From Methanomicrobiales archaeon (GTDB taxonomy: Archaea; Halobacteriota; Methanomicrobia; Methanomicrobiales; Methanospirillaceae), in NCBI GenBank assembly GCA_037137755.1, contig JBAXJR010000012.1:1-59320 (forward strand): a stretch of 59,320 bases of DNA. The letters are read 5' to 3'. Numbering within the stretch: the first letter of the stretch is position 1; each line of letters begins with the position of its first letter. The translations under genes and the position numbers were made by a program. The notes under the pieces are model-generated. The model saw only the letters and a program-made list of their open reading frames with translations. It had not been told where the DNA came from and did not search any database. This document shows positions 1 to 9,733 of the stretch, one piece after another.

Positions 1-577
1 CATACGGTGCGATAATTATTTTTCCCGAATTTGTTTCGAGGATAATCTGATCAATAAGACCAATTTTCATATCCTTTGCAATTTTTATTCCCGCCCTGAG
101 CAGGTCCTCAGCCATCGCGGCAACCTGATCAAAATCTGCCTGACCAAGAGACTGGACTGAAAAACCCTCGGAAAATGCGGAAACGGCAATCACTCCCGGC
201 TGCACCAGTACTTTTCTCAGAATACTTTCGTCGAGAAGGTCCGGGAGTGCGGGTATATTGGTTTCATCCTGAAGCAGGAAGTTATCCTTACTGCAGATCT
301 CTACTGCAGACTGGTACTCGTCGGGTGTATAGCTGCAGAGCTCCATCTTTTCCGGTGAGGTTGCATTAATAATTTCAAGCGCTCCGTTACCGGAATATAG
401 TTTATCCCCGGAGGTAAAAGACGCAGCAACAATTTTACCCTTGTCTATCAGGATGGCCCCCAGACCCTGTTGAGCGGTTATCTTTATCAGCCCCACGTGA
501 CCGATTATCCGTTGAACATCCTTTTCATGAAGCGGATTGTTGATATAACCGAGGGGAGTTCCTTCCGGCAGGTTCAT
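1..577 (-). CDS. DUF2226-like N-terminal domain fused to a Roadblock/LC7 domain (3' end runs off the window; absent from the ORF track)
   Basis: Manual translation from ATG 577: MNLPEGTPLGYINNP...GLIKITAQQGLGAILIDKGKIVAASF...LRKVLVQPGVIAVSAFSEGFSVQSLGQADFDQVAAMAEDLLRAGIKIAKDMKIGLIDQIILETNSGKIIIAPY. Frame open to the edge; C-terminal half parallels the adjacent Roadblock protein; N-terminus resembles MKLPRG of 1150..1839. Confidence 0.75.
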   Translation of the reverse strand, partial: MNLPEGTPLGYINNPLHEKDVQRIIGHVGLIKITAQQGLGAILIDKGKIVAASFTSGDKLYSGNGALEIINATSPEKMELCSYTPDEYQSAVEICSKDNFLLQDETNIPALPDLLDESILRKVLVQPGVIAVSAFSEGFSVQSLGQADFDQVAAMAEDLLRAGIKIAKDMKIGLIDQIILETNSGKIIIAPY

Positions 578-581
578 ATTA

Positions 582-929
582 TTATAAAGCAGCTATCAGC
601 CGTTCTTTGTTTTTCTTCAGCTCGTACCGGATCCTGCCCACATTAGCAGTCGAATCTGCTACTATTGCTATTAGTTCGTCTGATGATAGAGGTGACAATA
701 TTATGGGCCCTTTTTCCAGTTCCACAAGCATCTGATCAAGATTCCCTTTACCGAGCTCGTTCCCCATGGCTTCCGAGGTCCCCATGCCGGTGGATGCCAT
801 TGCACCTAATGCATCAATATCAATCTTCCCGGATATGGCACTCTCTATCACAAACCCGTCTCTTCCGACTACGACCGCTGCGGAAACACCTTCAACTTTA
901 AGGAATTCACCCAGTATCTGCTTTAACAT
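582..929 (-). CDS. Roadblock/LC7 (MglB-like) protein
   Basis: EGVSAAVVVGRDGFVIES...ALGAM...LDQMLVELEKGPIIL...NVGRIRYELKK, typical Roadblock pattern, 115 aa. Confidence 0.9.
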   Translation of the reverse strand: MLKQILGEFLKVEGVSAAVVVGRDGFVIESAISGKIDIDALGAMASTGMGTSEAMGNELGKGNLDQMLVELEKGPIILSPLSSDELIAIVADSTANVGRIRYELKKNKERLIAAL

Positions 930-1149
930 TCCGAATCTCCCCGATACACACTATCACTATATAAACTGAATTTCTGGTATACGATGATAAATATGTTTCC
1001 TAATATAATTCTATTCAGGGTCGTTTTATCATCAATTCGCAGGTATGAAAGGTACAGGAGAAGCTTTTCTTTTTCCCCATGATTAACTACCCCAAAACAC
1101 CCTTGTATTAAGAAGGACTATTAAATATAGTGTTATATATCTCTTATTT

Positions 1150-1839
1150 ATGAAACTCCCGAGGGGCACATTTCATTCCATTAAGAAAGGAATACTATTT
1201 CGCTCGCTCCTTGATGAAATAGAGAAAACAAGGTTAACCGGGTATTGCACGATAAGTTATGGGATCGAGACCTGCACTCTGGTGCTGAATTCCGGGATAT
1301 ATATACTTGCAGATTACGATAAACTTGAAGGGGATCCTGCCTGGCAGAAGATGCAAAAGCTGCTGGACATGAAAGTTGATGCAGGCATTACGACATTAGA
1401 TACCATTCAACTCCAGCTGGCAAGGGAATTTAACCCGCATGCAACACTCCCGAGCTTTGTCAGGAAATCCCCCACAAGGCAGGTCAGGACAGGAATACCC
1501 AATTTGGGGATCAGGAGAAAGGACGATATTCCGGGAAACGCGGCACCGGATGCCCGTCTGGAGCACCAGAACAACCAGGGCCTTCACCCTGAACCGGAAA
1601 AGGTATTGGCTGATAAACAACCGGCGAAGCAGGTCTCTTCCCCCGGTACCGTACAATCTCCCGATAAGCAACAGGCAAATGAAAATGTGCAGGAAGAGGA
1701 GGGTTCCTGTATTGGTCGTGACCTTGAAGCTCTTGATAATATGGACATCGATGAAATGACAAAAAGAATCCGGGAGAACTGTAAGGTAACCATTGAAAAC
1801 CTTGATCTCGATCACCTGATAGAGAAAAAGGAAGATTAA
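1150..1839 (+). CDS. DUF2226-like domain protein with low-complexity linker and acidic helical C-terminus
   Basis: MKLPRG...TGYCTISYGIETCTLVLNSGIYILADYDKLEGDPA resembles DUF2226; P/Q-rich middle; C-terminal DLEALDNMDIDEM...LDLDHL. Confidence 0.6.
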   Translation: MKLPRGTFHSIKKGILFRSLLDEIEKTRLTGYCTISYGIETCTLVLNSGIYILADYDKLEGDPAWQKMQKLLDMKVDAGITTLDTIQLQLAREFNPHATLPSFVRKSPTRQVRTGIPNLGIRRKDDIPGNAAPDARLEHQNNQGLHPEPEKVLADKQPAKQVSSPGTVQSPDKQQANENVQEEEGSCIGRDLEALDNMDIDEMTKRIRENCKVTIENLDLDHLIEKKED

Positions 1840-1866
1840 GAATAAATTCCAGAAAAACAAGCGCTA

Positions 1867-2445
1867 ATGCAGGAAGACACCATGCAGTCAATAATACCAG
1901 GACAGATATCATTCATACCCGTTATTGTATTAATCATTGCAATAGTAGCAATTCTCCTAATCCTGTTATTTATGAAGGTTTATCAGGTAAAACATGGAGC
2001 TGGAAAAAAAGATCGTCCTGAAATATGGGACATCAAACCTCCGGCAGATATTATTACACCGAAACCTTACATTCCGGAAAAAAAACATGAGGAAATATCA
2101 GAAAAAAAACAACCGGTAGAGGATGAACCACTAACGGACCTTGGGGATATCACAAAAAATCTCCATGCACTCACATCGAAATACCATCTCGATTCAATCA
2201 CCTTGTCTACAACAGATGGGCTGATGATTGCAACAACCAGTGAAAGCGGGCAGGATGATGCGGCCCACTATGGCCAGGTCTTAAAACAGGGTGAGGAACC
2301 TTCTGTACCAGGCATGAGGTTATTTTATCTTATACATAAGGGATCATCGGTAATCGGGATCTTACGGTCCGGCCGCCTGATACCAGACACGTTATTGGGA
2401 AGTATCAGGAATGACACTGAAATAATCATGAACTGGTGGATATAA
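1867..2445 (+). CDS. Single-pass membrane protein with C-terminal Roadblock-like domain
   Basis: N-terminal hydrophobic helix, P/K/E linker, then LHALTSKYHLDSITLSTTDGLMIATT...DDAAHY (Roadblock-like). Confidence 0.55.
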   Translation: MQEDTMQSIIPGQISFIPVIVLIIAIVAILLILLFMKVYQVKHGAGKKDRPEIWDIKPPADIITPKPYIPEKKHEEISEKKQPVEDEPLTDLGDITKNLHALTSKYHLDSITLSTTDGLMIATTSESGQDDAAHYGQVLKQGEEPSVPGMRLFYLIHKGSSVIGILRSGRLIPDTLLGSIRNDTEIIMNWWI

Positions 2446-2517
2446 TGTACCAAAGAGGGAGAGGATTTAATTACCAGCATATAAATTTACATTAAGCAAC
2501 TCTTGTGAAGGTGTTTA

Positions 2518-3303
2518 ATGGTCAGGGTCTACACGTTGGCTTCCGGAAAAGGTGGAACAGGAAAGACCACGGTGACCGTGAATCTAGGGACCTGCCTCGC
2601 CCAACTGGGAAAAGAGACCTTTATAATGGATGCTGACATCGGGATGGCGAACCTGGGCCTGGTACTGGGTCTTGAGGATGTTCCGATAACGCTTCATGAG
2701 GTCCTCGCGGGGAAAGCAAACATAAAAGATGCGATTTACGAGGGCCCTGCAGGTTTAAAGGTGGTTCCAAGCGGGATTTCCCTCCAGGGGTTCCAGCAGG
2801 CCGACCCTGAAAAGCTGAAAGACGCCCTGAAAGAACTGGTAAACCTTTGTGATTATCTTTTAATCGATGCACCTGCTGGTATCAGCCGGGACGGTGTCAT
2901 CCCCCTTGCAATTGCGGATGAAGTTATTCTTGTCGTTAATCCTGAACTTTCTTCAATCGTTGATGCCCTGAAAACCAAGATCCTCACAGAAGTCGTGGGG
3001 GGTCATGTGATGGGTGCCATCCTTAACAGGGCCGGGGTTGAAAAGACGGATTTTGTCAGCCAGAAGATGGAGAAGGTCCTCGGTGTAAAAGTGATCGGGA
3101 CGATCCCTGAAGACCCGAATATCAGGAAAGCAGCATCATTTAAAACACCGGTGGTGATAAAATATCCGGATTCCGGGGCATCCATCGCTTTAAGAAGGAT
3201 CGCCGCAAATATGGCAGGTATCCCATTCAAGGAAACCCCACAGGAGGCAAAAGACGGGTTTGTTGACCGCTTTGCGAAGGTCCTTTTTAGAGGGAAACGA
3301 TGA
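2518..3303 (+). CDS. minD: MinD/ParA-family ATPase (archaeal MinD)
   Basis: Deviant Walker A SGKGGTGKTT, DADIGMANL, IDAPAG, C-terminal amphipathic helix GFVDRFAKVLF. Confidence 0.92.
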   Translation: MVRVYTLASGKGGTGKTTVTVNLGTCLAQLGKETFIMDADIGMANLGLVLGLEDVPITLHEVLAGKANIKDAIYEGPAGLKVVPSGISLQGFQQADPEKLKDALKELVNLCDYLLIDAPAGISRDGVIPLAIADEVILVVNPELSSIVDALKTKILTEVVGGHVMGAILNRAGVEKTDFVSQKMEKVLGVKVIGTIPEDPNIRKAASFKTPVVIKYPDSGASIALRRIAANMAGIPFKETPQEAKDGFVDRFAKVLFRGKR

Positions 3304-3497
3304 GCATTGAGGAAACCCTGATCATCCTCTTCGGGCTGATAATTATTATCCAGTGTTTTTTCATGTATGTCATGTCAAGGCGGATCCAGCAACTTCTTGA
3401 CGAACGTGATAAAGCCGGGTTTGCGATTGATTTCTCTGATAGCGAAATTGAAGAAATTACAAGGACCGCCGAAGAATACAAACGGCACCAGATGTAA
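3300..3497 (+). CDS. Small membrane protein coupled to minD
   Basis: ATGA overlap with the minD stop; one TM helix followed by a charged helix. Confidence 0.65.
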   Translation: MSIEETLIILFGLIIIIQCFFMYVMSRRIQQLLDERDKAGFAIDFSDSEIEEITRTAEEYKRHQM

Positions 3498-3783
3498 TGG
3501 ATTTTTAAATTTACGGCTTTTAATGGCTTTTTCGTGAGTCCCTGATGTACCAGGGGTGGAAACCGGCGAATTATTGTTCTCACGCAGTAAAAGTGGGGGA
3601 AATATTTCCCGTTCCCTTACTAATGTTTCTTAAAAAACGTAATGTTCCTCACCGGGTTTCTGCCAGGCTGCAGTGGCGATCAGGGGGAAATCATGAACTT
3701 TACATGAAACATTCTTTTCCATAGAATGAGACCCTGAAACATTTTGTGAACCTGGTGTCCAAAGGGTTTGTAACAGGGAGCCC

Positions 3784-3952
3784 GGGGTTACACCTCCACC
3801 CAACCTCACCGCCTATAAGATATTCTTCGGGCAGGGTCCAACTACCGGACCCCTTGAATATTTAAGAGATTCTTAAGGCATTCCCTATCCCACCGGGGTC
3901 GCCAAAGCGGCGTGGCGGAGCCTCTGAAGCGGGATAAAATTTTGAAATTCCC
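3784..3952. repeat. Degenerate intergenic repeat, copy A
   Basis: Shares GGGGTT.AC..CCTCC, TTCGGGCAGGGT, GAGATT, ATTCCCTATCCCA, CCGGGGTC and GGCGGAGCC in the same order and spacing with 25651-25823. Confidence 0.75.
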
Positions 3953-4001
3953 AAAAAGCAAAAAAAAAAGATATTGTTGAGAGGAGATCAACAGACCCGG
4001 A

Positions 4002-5123
4002 TTATTCTGTTTTATTTGTCACGGTAAATTCGCAGTACTGGTCGCCTTTACATTTGCATTTTATCTCTTTTCCCTGGACACGTACGTTAAAGGCACTTGA
4101 TACGATACCCGCGAGGAGACCGGATGTACAATGGCAGGAGGGCTTGTCTTTGTTTCCAAGAGACTCGGCCTCCGCGCTGTTATCAAGGGTGAGGATCTTT
4201 TCTTTCTTTGCTTCGTTCCAGTCCATTTTTATCACTTTGAACCACCCCATCTGCCCATAGAAAGCAAGCGCCATATCAATGAGAGTATTTGGATCATTGA
4301 TACCCATTTTCTTGAAAAATGCGATATTCTGGGTACCAAGTTCCATGTATGCCCGGTAATTGATCACACCACCGGCTGCTGCTTCCCCGACAATCTTGCT
4401 CATCGACCCCATCATCGAATTAAACAGCATTCTTGGTACCATAATAACGGGTTCCTCTATCAGGGTGATCTTGCCTTCAAGTGGTTTGAGTTCCAGGAAT
4501 TCAGTCAGGGACCGTTCTCCTTTCCTGATCCCCTCTGCCCTCTCATTCCAGGTTACCGCACGCTGTGTGAAGACAAATTCACATGCATCCCCTCCTGCAG
4601 CATGGCACGTTACTTCTTCCCCAACCCAGTTCTTACCGGTGACTGCATCGAGGACACCTTCCATCCATCCGACATGAACGCCACAGACGGGCATTGCCCA
4701 ATCTTTCATCACGTCCGATTCAAAGGTGTACTTTGTTTTCACAACAATTTTACTGTCACTCTGTGAGACCAGTTCCAGGGGTGAGCCCCAACCCTGCTGG
4801 TGCTGCAACTTGAATGCGAACATGAGAAATTCGTGTGGTTTCAGTTCAAGGCCCTGTTTTTTAAGGAATATATTGAGACCGGTTGCACCCATACCAACGG
4901 ACCGGTATAGTTTCCTCATCATCTGAACTGCAAGCTTCCGGTTCAGCGACCGCTCATACATTTCGTACATTGCCCGGAGGAGATAATTCGGATTGCTGCT
5001 CGTACGGACGCCGAATGCAGACATAATTCCTTCGCCGGGGTGTATCTCGAGGAACTGGGTGATATCTTTATCTCCTCTGATAACAGCCTCGATATCATTC
5101 CGGTCAATCTTCTTCCTCTCCAT
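4002..5123 (-). CDS. Protein with two V4R (4-vinyl reductase) domains
   Basis: Two V4R signatures: QGWG...PVCGVHVGWMEG...EVTCHAAGGDACEF and MGWF...PSCHCTSGLLAG...EIKCKCKGDQYCEF; start taken at ATG 5123 after GAGGT. Confidence 0.85.
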   Translation of the reverse strand: MERKKIDRNDIEAVIRGDKDITQFLEIHPGEGIMSAFGVRTSSNPNYLLRAMYEMYERSLNRKLAVQMMRKLYRSVGMGATGLNIFLKKQGLELKPHEFLMFAFKLQHQQGWGSPLELVSQSDSKIVVKTKYTFESDVMKDWAMPVCGVHVGWMEGVLDAVTGKNWVGEEVTCHAAGGDACEFVFTQRAVTWNERAEGIRKGERSLTEFLELKPLEGKITLIEEPVIMVPRMLFNSMMGSMSKIVGEAAAGGVINYRAYMELGTQNIAFFKKMGINDPNTLIDMALAFYGQMGWFKVIKMDWNEAKKEKILTLDNSAEAESLGNKDKPSCHCTSGLLAGIVSSAFNVRVQGKEIKCKCKGDQYCEFTVTNKTE

Positions 5124-5353
5124 AGAATATACCTCTTGATTCCATTTATTTAAATAATACCATATGAGGCGGGTGGAAAATAAAAGCATTAATTATGAGT
5201 TATTTTAAAAATAAAGGTTGATATGAATACGAATGGCATTCAAAAAAAAAAGATCGGAAAACGTGTTCTCTATTGAAATATCTCATTCCAATGAAATACC
5301 AGGACTTCCTGTGCCACCCGGAAGGGGTCACCGGATAAATGTTGAAGGTACGT

Positions 5354-5980
5354 TCACCCGAGCTCTATCGTCTCTTCGCGTCCGCCCGAACGCACGGTAA
5401 CGGGAAATATCCTGATTTTACGGTCACGGTCCATTACCACGCAATCATATTCACCGAAGAGTACTTTGAAGTATGCCTTCCCTTCGGGTGTGGTAACATC
5501 GCTCCCTATCACCCGGCCCAGTTTCCTGATGGAGACATGAACACCTGACTGTGGTACCTGTCCTTTTACAATTTTTACCGTGAATGAACCAGTCCCTTCA
5601 TTTCTTCTTTCAATAGTTGGCATTGCCATAGACATATTACTGGTCAGGTGACTCCGGTCAAAGATACGACACAAGAGGATGTAGGTTTCGATGACGTCGT
5701 GCTCAACCGGGTGAAACGAGAATGTCTCGGTACCTTTTAAAAGATAAATGGCCTTATCACCAAGCAGAATACCATTTTTTTCTATCTCTACGGCACCTTC
5801 AGGTTCGCCGTTTTTAAACAGTAAATACAGTGTTCCGATCCCGATATCGGCGACTCCGATACCGCTTTTTTTTCCTTCAGCTGCAAATATTTTCAGGTCG
5901 GTTAATTTTGAAGAGTATTCTGACGTGGTCGCATTCATCTGCTCGTTGAGAAACTCGTTGATCTCCATTTCAGAATTCAC
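5354..5980 (-). CDS. Hypothetical protein: DUF2226/PATAN-like N-terminal domain plus transthyretin/carboxypeptidase-regulatory-like beta domain
   Basis: SGIGVADIGIGTLYLLFKNGEPEGAVE...LLGDKAI; C-terminal PQSGVHVSI...TTPEGKAYF...GEYDCVV. Confidence 0.45.
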   Translation of the reverse strand: MNSEMEINEFLNEQMNATTSEYSSKLTDLKIFAAEGKKSGIGVADIGIGTLYLLFKNGEPEGAVEIEKNGILLGDKAIYLLKGTETFSFHPVEHDVIETYILLCRIFDRSHLTSNMSMAMPTIERRNEGTGSFTVKIVKGQVPQSGVHVSIRKLGRVIGSDVTTPEGKAYFKVLFGEYDCVVMDRDRKIRIFPVTVRSGGREETIELG

Positions 5981-6308
5981 CCCTTTTTCAATCCGTGGGA
6001 ATAACCCGGGTTCCTTGAAAAAACAGGAGTGCCATCACGATGGACTGCTGATACCGGGTACCTGGTTCTTTGTGTAGCATACTTTCTGTCTTTTCGTACT
6101 ATATTAGTTTATTATATGGATGTACCCCCCGGGTTGTCCCGGGACCAGGGTCTGCCAGGCGAAAAATAATAGGAAGCCAGGTACCGTCTGGTACCGGGAT
6201 GTGCACCCCGCTACAATAAAATGCACCGGAATGAGGAGAGGTCCTGGCAGTTACTCTCCCAAAAACGCCATTATTAAAAGTCCCGAATACAGATATGCAC
6301 ATGCTATC

Positions 6309-7412
6309 ATGATCATCGTCCCGCTTGTAATCGGTGCCATTGTAGTGGTGATAACACTCTGTTATGCATCATACCTGGATATTATTGATCGGAGGGTACC
6401 GTTTATCACGTGGGTACCTCTCCTTCTTGTCGGTATACCGTTAGCGGGAATGGCACTCCTCTCACTTAATAATGGAATTGTGCTCCTCGCAGGATACGCA
6501 GGGATTACCGGTGCAATCCTGTTACTTGCGTATTTTAATAACCGTGATATCAGTACCCCAAAACAGGTGATCTGGCCGGGAATGATAATTGCCCTCCAGG
6601 TCTGCACAGGCATTTTTTTTCTCTATAGTGGGATGACAAGCATTTTTTTTCTCTCGATGGCCGCAGCACTTATTTTTTCCTGCGCGACGGTGCTCGAGTT
6701 CCGGGGGAGAGAGAACCTATTCACCGATACCTGGCCGATACTATATTTCCTGGTTGCTGCGTTTTCATGGTTTTACTATGCCGTTGCAGTCGCATCACAG
6801 GTTTCATACGCGTACCTCGGGATGATCGCATTTTTCTGCCTTATTTTTTACTTATTTGCGATTCTCAATCTTTTTGGCGGGGCTGATGCCTGGGCACTGA
6901 TGTTTATAGCGCTTACAATCCCGCTCTTTCCCTTCACACCTCTTGCAGGTTACCCACCCCTTGCATTTTTCCCATTCACCGTCCTTGTCAATGCGGTCAT
7001 ATTCAACCTCATTGCACCCATTGCACTCTTTATCCACAACCTGTACCGGGGAAACAGGGCACCATTACGTTACCTGTTCCTCGGGTACCCGGTTGATGGA
7101 GATAAGGTACAGAATTCATTCGGCTATATCATTGAAGATATCAGTGAAACTGATGGAACCGTTCATCGGAGATTTCTCGGGCTCGGGGAGGCCCTGGGAT
7201 CTCTTGTGAAGGGTGGGAAGCGTATTTATACGAAAGACCTCAGATTACACCCGGAACAATATTCCCGTGAAATTTCGTTGTACAAAAGGGCGGGAAAGGT
7301 CTGGATATCATATGGTGTCCCATTTATTGTCCCCATTACCACCGGTGTGATATTTGGGCTTTTTATAGGGGATATCCTTACAATCTGCCTTAACCTCTTA
7401 GGAGGTATCTGA
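6309..7412 (+). CDS. flaK: Prepilin/prearchaellin peptidase (A24, FlaK/PibD family)
   Basis: [12 protein letters not shown] (first Asp), FGGADAWAL (GxGD-type), C-terminal [14 protein letters not shown]; start moved to ATG 6309. Confidence 0.85.
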   Translation: MIIVPLVIGAIVVVITLCYASYLDIIDRRVPFITWVPLLLVGIPLAGMALLSLNNGIVLLAGYAGITGAILLLAYFNNRDISTPKQVIWPGMIIALQVCTGIFFLYSGMTSIFFLSMAAALIFSCATVLEFRGRENLFTDTWPILYFLVAAFSWFYYAVAVASQVSYAYLGMIAFFCLIFYLFAILNLFGGADAWALMFIALTIPLFPFTPLAGYPPLAFFPFTVLVNAVIFNLIAPIALFIHNLYRGNRAPLRYLFLGYPVDGDKVQNSFGYIIEDISETDGTVHRRFLGLGEALGSLVKGGKRIYTKDLRLHPEQYSREISLYKRAGKVWISYGVPFIVPITTGVIFGLFIGDILTICLNLLGGI

Positions 7413-7417
7413 AAATT

Positions 7418-7786
7418 ATGTTACCATTACGTTACCAGGACGGTCTTATCCCCGTCGTTGTTCAGGACCAGGCAACCCGTGAGGTGTTGATGGTCGCTTA
7501 TGCCAACAGTGAGGCAGTCGGACTCACTGACAGCACCGGATTTTCCCATTTCTATAGCAGGAGCCGGAAAAAGATCTGGAAAAAGGGGGAGGAAAGCGGG
7601 CATGTACAGCGGGTATCAAGGATACTCGTGGATTGTGACGAGGACTGTCTCCTCTACGAAGTCATCCAGGAAGGTGCAGCCTGCCATACAGGCCATATGG
7701 CCTGCTTTTTCCGAACACTTGATGGAGAAGAGATATCAGGGCAGGTCTTTGATCCCGCTAAGGTATATGCTAATAAAGATCAATGA
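7418..7786 (+). CDS. hisI: Phosphoribosyl-AMP cyclohydrolase
   Basis: [25 protein letters not shown]...CF; GGAGGT SD. Confidence 0.95.
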   Translation: MLPLRYQDGLIPVVVQDQATREVLMVAYANSEAVGLTDSTGFSHFYSRSRKKIWKKGEESGHVQRVSRILVDCDEDCLLYEVIQEGAACHTGHMACFFRTLDGEEISGQVFDPAKVYANKDQ

Positions 7787-7811
7787 TCAAATATATAAGC
7801 GGTGATATTTT

Positions 7812-9698
7812 TTGAAATTAGTACCAGATACTAGTGTCGTCATAGATGGTCGCATCACCTCAATGATAAAGACCGGTGAATATAATGGCGCGACAATAAT
7901 TATACCAGAAGCAGTAATAGCGGAACTGGAGGCCCAGGCAAATCAGGGACGGGAAATAGGATTTTCAGGCCTTACGGAACTTCAGGCGCTCTGCAAACTA
8001 GCTGAAGAAGGCACTATTGAACTAAAATTCGTCGGTGTACGACCTACCCTTGAACAGGTCAAGCTCGCCAGCGGAGGGGAGATTGATGCACTCATCCGGA
8101 ATGTTGCAATAGAACACAGCGCACGGTTTATTACGAGCGATATTGTCCAGGCTGAAGTAGCCAAGGCAAAAGGCCTCGATGTTATCTACTTAAAGCCACA
8201 GATCGGGGATTTCACACCCCTCGGAATTGACCAGTTCTTTGATGAGCATACCGTTGCAGTGTACCTGAAGGAGCGCGTGCCACCGGTGGCGAAGAAAGGA
8301 ACGATCAACGAGATGAAACTCGTCCGTATCCGTGAACAGCCCTCTTCAGATTACGAATTAAAATCGCTTGCCCAGGAAATCCTTGAACGGGCAAAACGTG
8401 ACCCGGACGGATTTATCGAGGTAGAGAAGCGCGGGATCACCGTCGTCCAGATTGGCTCCATGAGGATTGCGATCGCCCGGAGACCGTTTAGTGACGGGAT
8501 GGAGATCACGGCAGTCCGGCCAATTGTAGATATGACAATTGATAATTACCGGAAAGCGAACGTTATCAAGAACAGGCTCACCGGCGAGAAGAGGGGACTG
8601 TTAATTGCCGGGCCACCAGGTGCAGGAAAAACAACCCTTGCACAGAGTGTTGCGACATATCTTGCTGATAATGGTTTTATTGTAAAAACCATGGAGGCAC
8701 CAAGAGAATTACAGGTACCTGACCATATTACGCAGTATACCATGCTTGAAGGAAGCATGGAAAACACTGCTGATGTGCTGATGCTTGTCCGGCCGGATTA
8801 TGTGGTGTTTGACGAACTCCGGAAAAATGAGGACTTCCGGGTATTCGCCGATATGCGCCTTGCAGGTATCGGCATGGTCGGGGTAGTCCATGCAATCGGA
8901 GCCCACGACGCACTCCAGCGCTTTTCAGACAGGGTTGATTTCGGGGTCCTCCCGCAGATAGTCAATACCATTATTTTTGTCGATAAAGGCGAAATCCTGA
9001 AGGTATACGATGTTGAATTCACCATAAAAGTACCTGAAGGAATGGCTGGCGAGATGCACCTTCGTCCCGTCACCATGGTCCGCAACTACGAAACAGGGGA
9101 CCTTGCGTTTGAGATATTCAAATACGAGGGTGAAACCATCGTTATCTCGGCACCAGCCCAGCAGGCTGCGATAGCAGCCCCGTTGAAAGTTCCTACAGAC
9201 GAGAAAGTGGATGAGAACACGGGCTGGAAGATCGCGGAACGCGAGATACAGAGGGAGATAGGGAGATATACAGATGGCTCCGTCGATGTACGGATGCTTT
9301 CAGACTCGAAAGCTGTGGTCTACATAGATGACAAGGATGTCCCTGCCGCGATCGGAAAAGGCGGGAAAAATATTGCAGCAATTGTAAACAAGGTAGGCAT
9401 AGGAATTGATATACGGCCAAAAAGCGAGGCAGAAAAGCCCCAGCCTGCACAGGCACAGGGGGAAGAGGAACTCCAGCTTGGCGGCGGGATAAAAATCCGT
9501 GTCGACAAAAAGCAGCTGGCCATCATATCTCCCGAACAGGCGGGTAAAATTGTTGACGTATTCGCTGGTAAAGAGTACCTTTTCACGGCGACGGTCAACG
9601 AGACAGGGGAGATCCACCTTGGCAAAAACAGTACCATTGCACAGGAAATGCTGAAACGGTACAACCAGGGGGACCTGATTAAACTCAGGCCTGTATAA
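7812..9698 (+). CDS. PINA-family ATPase (PIN + P-loop ATPase + KH)
   Basis: PDTSVVIDG PIN motif, GPPGAGKTT, DELR, KH motif AAIGKGGKNI; TTG start after GGTGA. Confidence 0.9.
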   Translation: MKLVPDTSVVIDGRITSMIKTGEYNGATIIIPEAVIAELEAQANQGREIGFSGLTELQALCKLAEEGTIELKFVGVRPTLEQVKLASGGEIDALIRNVAIEHSARFITSDIVQAEVAKAKGLDVIYLKPQIGDFTPLGIDQFFDEHTVAVYLKERVPPVAKKGTINEMKLVRIREQPSSDYELKSLAQEILERAKRDPDGFIEVEKRGITVVQIGSMRIAIARRPFSDGMEITAVRPIVDMTIDNYRKANVIKNRLTGEKRGLLIAGPPGAGKTTLAQSVATYLADNGFIVKTMEAPRELQVPDHITQYTMLEGSMENTADVLMLVRPDYVVFDELRKNEDFRVFADMRLAGIGMVGVVHAIGAHDALQRFSDRVDFGVLPQIVNTIIFVDKGEILKVYDVEFTIKVPEGMAGEMHLRPVTMVRNYETGDLAFEIFKYEGETIVISAPAQQAAIAAPLKVPTDEKVDENTGWKIAEREIQREIGRYTDGSVDVRMLSDSKAVVYIDDKDVPAAIGKGGKNIAAIVNKVGIGIDIRPKSEAEKPQPAQAQGEEELQLGGGIKIRVDKKQLAIISPEQAGKIVDVFAGKEYLFTATVNETGEIHLGKNSTIAQEMLKRYNQGDLIKLRPV

Positions 9699-9733
9699 GA
9701 GGGTAACACACCCCGGAAAAATTCTAACATAAA

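Noticed and set aside
6120-6308. ORF-track N-terminal extensions (also 5124-5189, 13154-13285, 13252-13359, 27507-27626, 44260-44349, 58885-58953)
   Set aside because: They overlap promoters or neighbouring genes; downstream ATGs fit the family N-termini or SD sites better.
7812-9698. PIN domain as a VapC toxin or defence gene
   Set aside because: The PIN-ATPase-KH architecture matches the conserved archaeal housekeeping PINA family; no antitoxin is adjacent.
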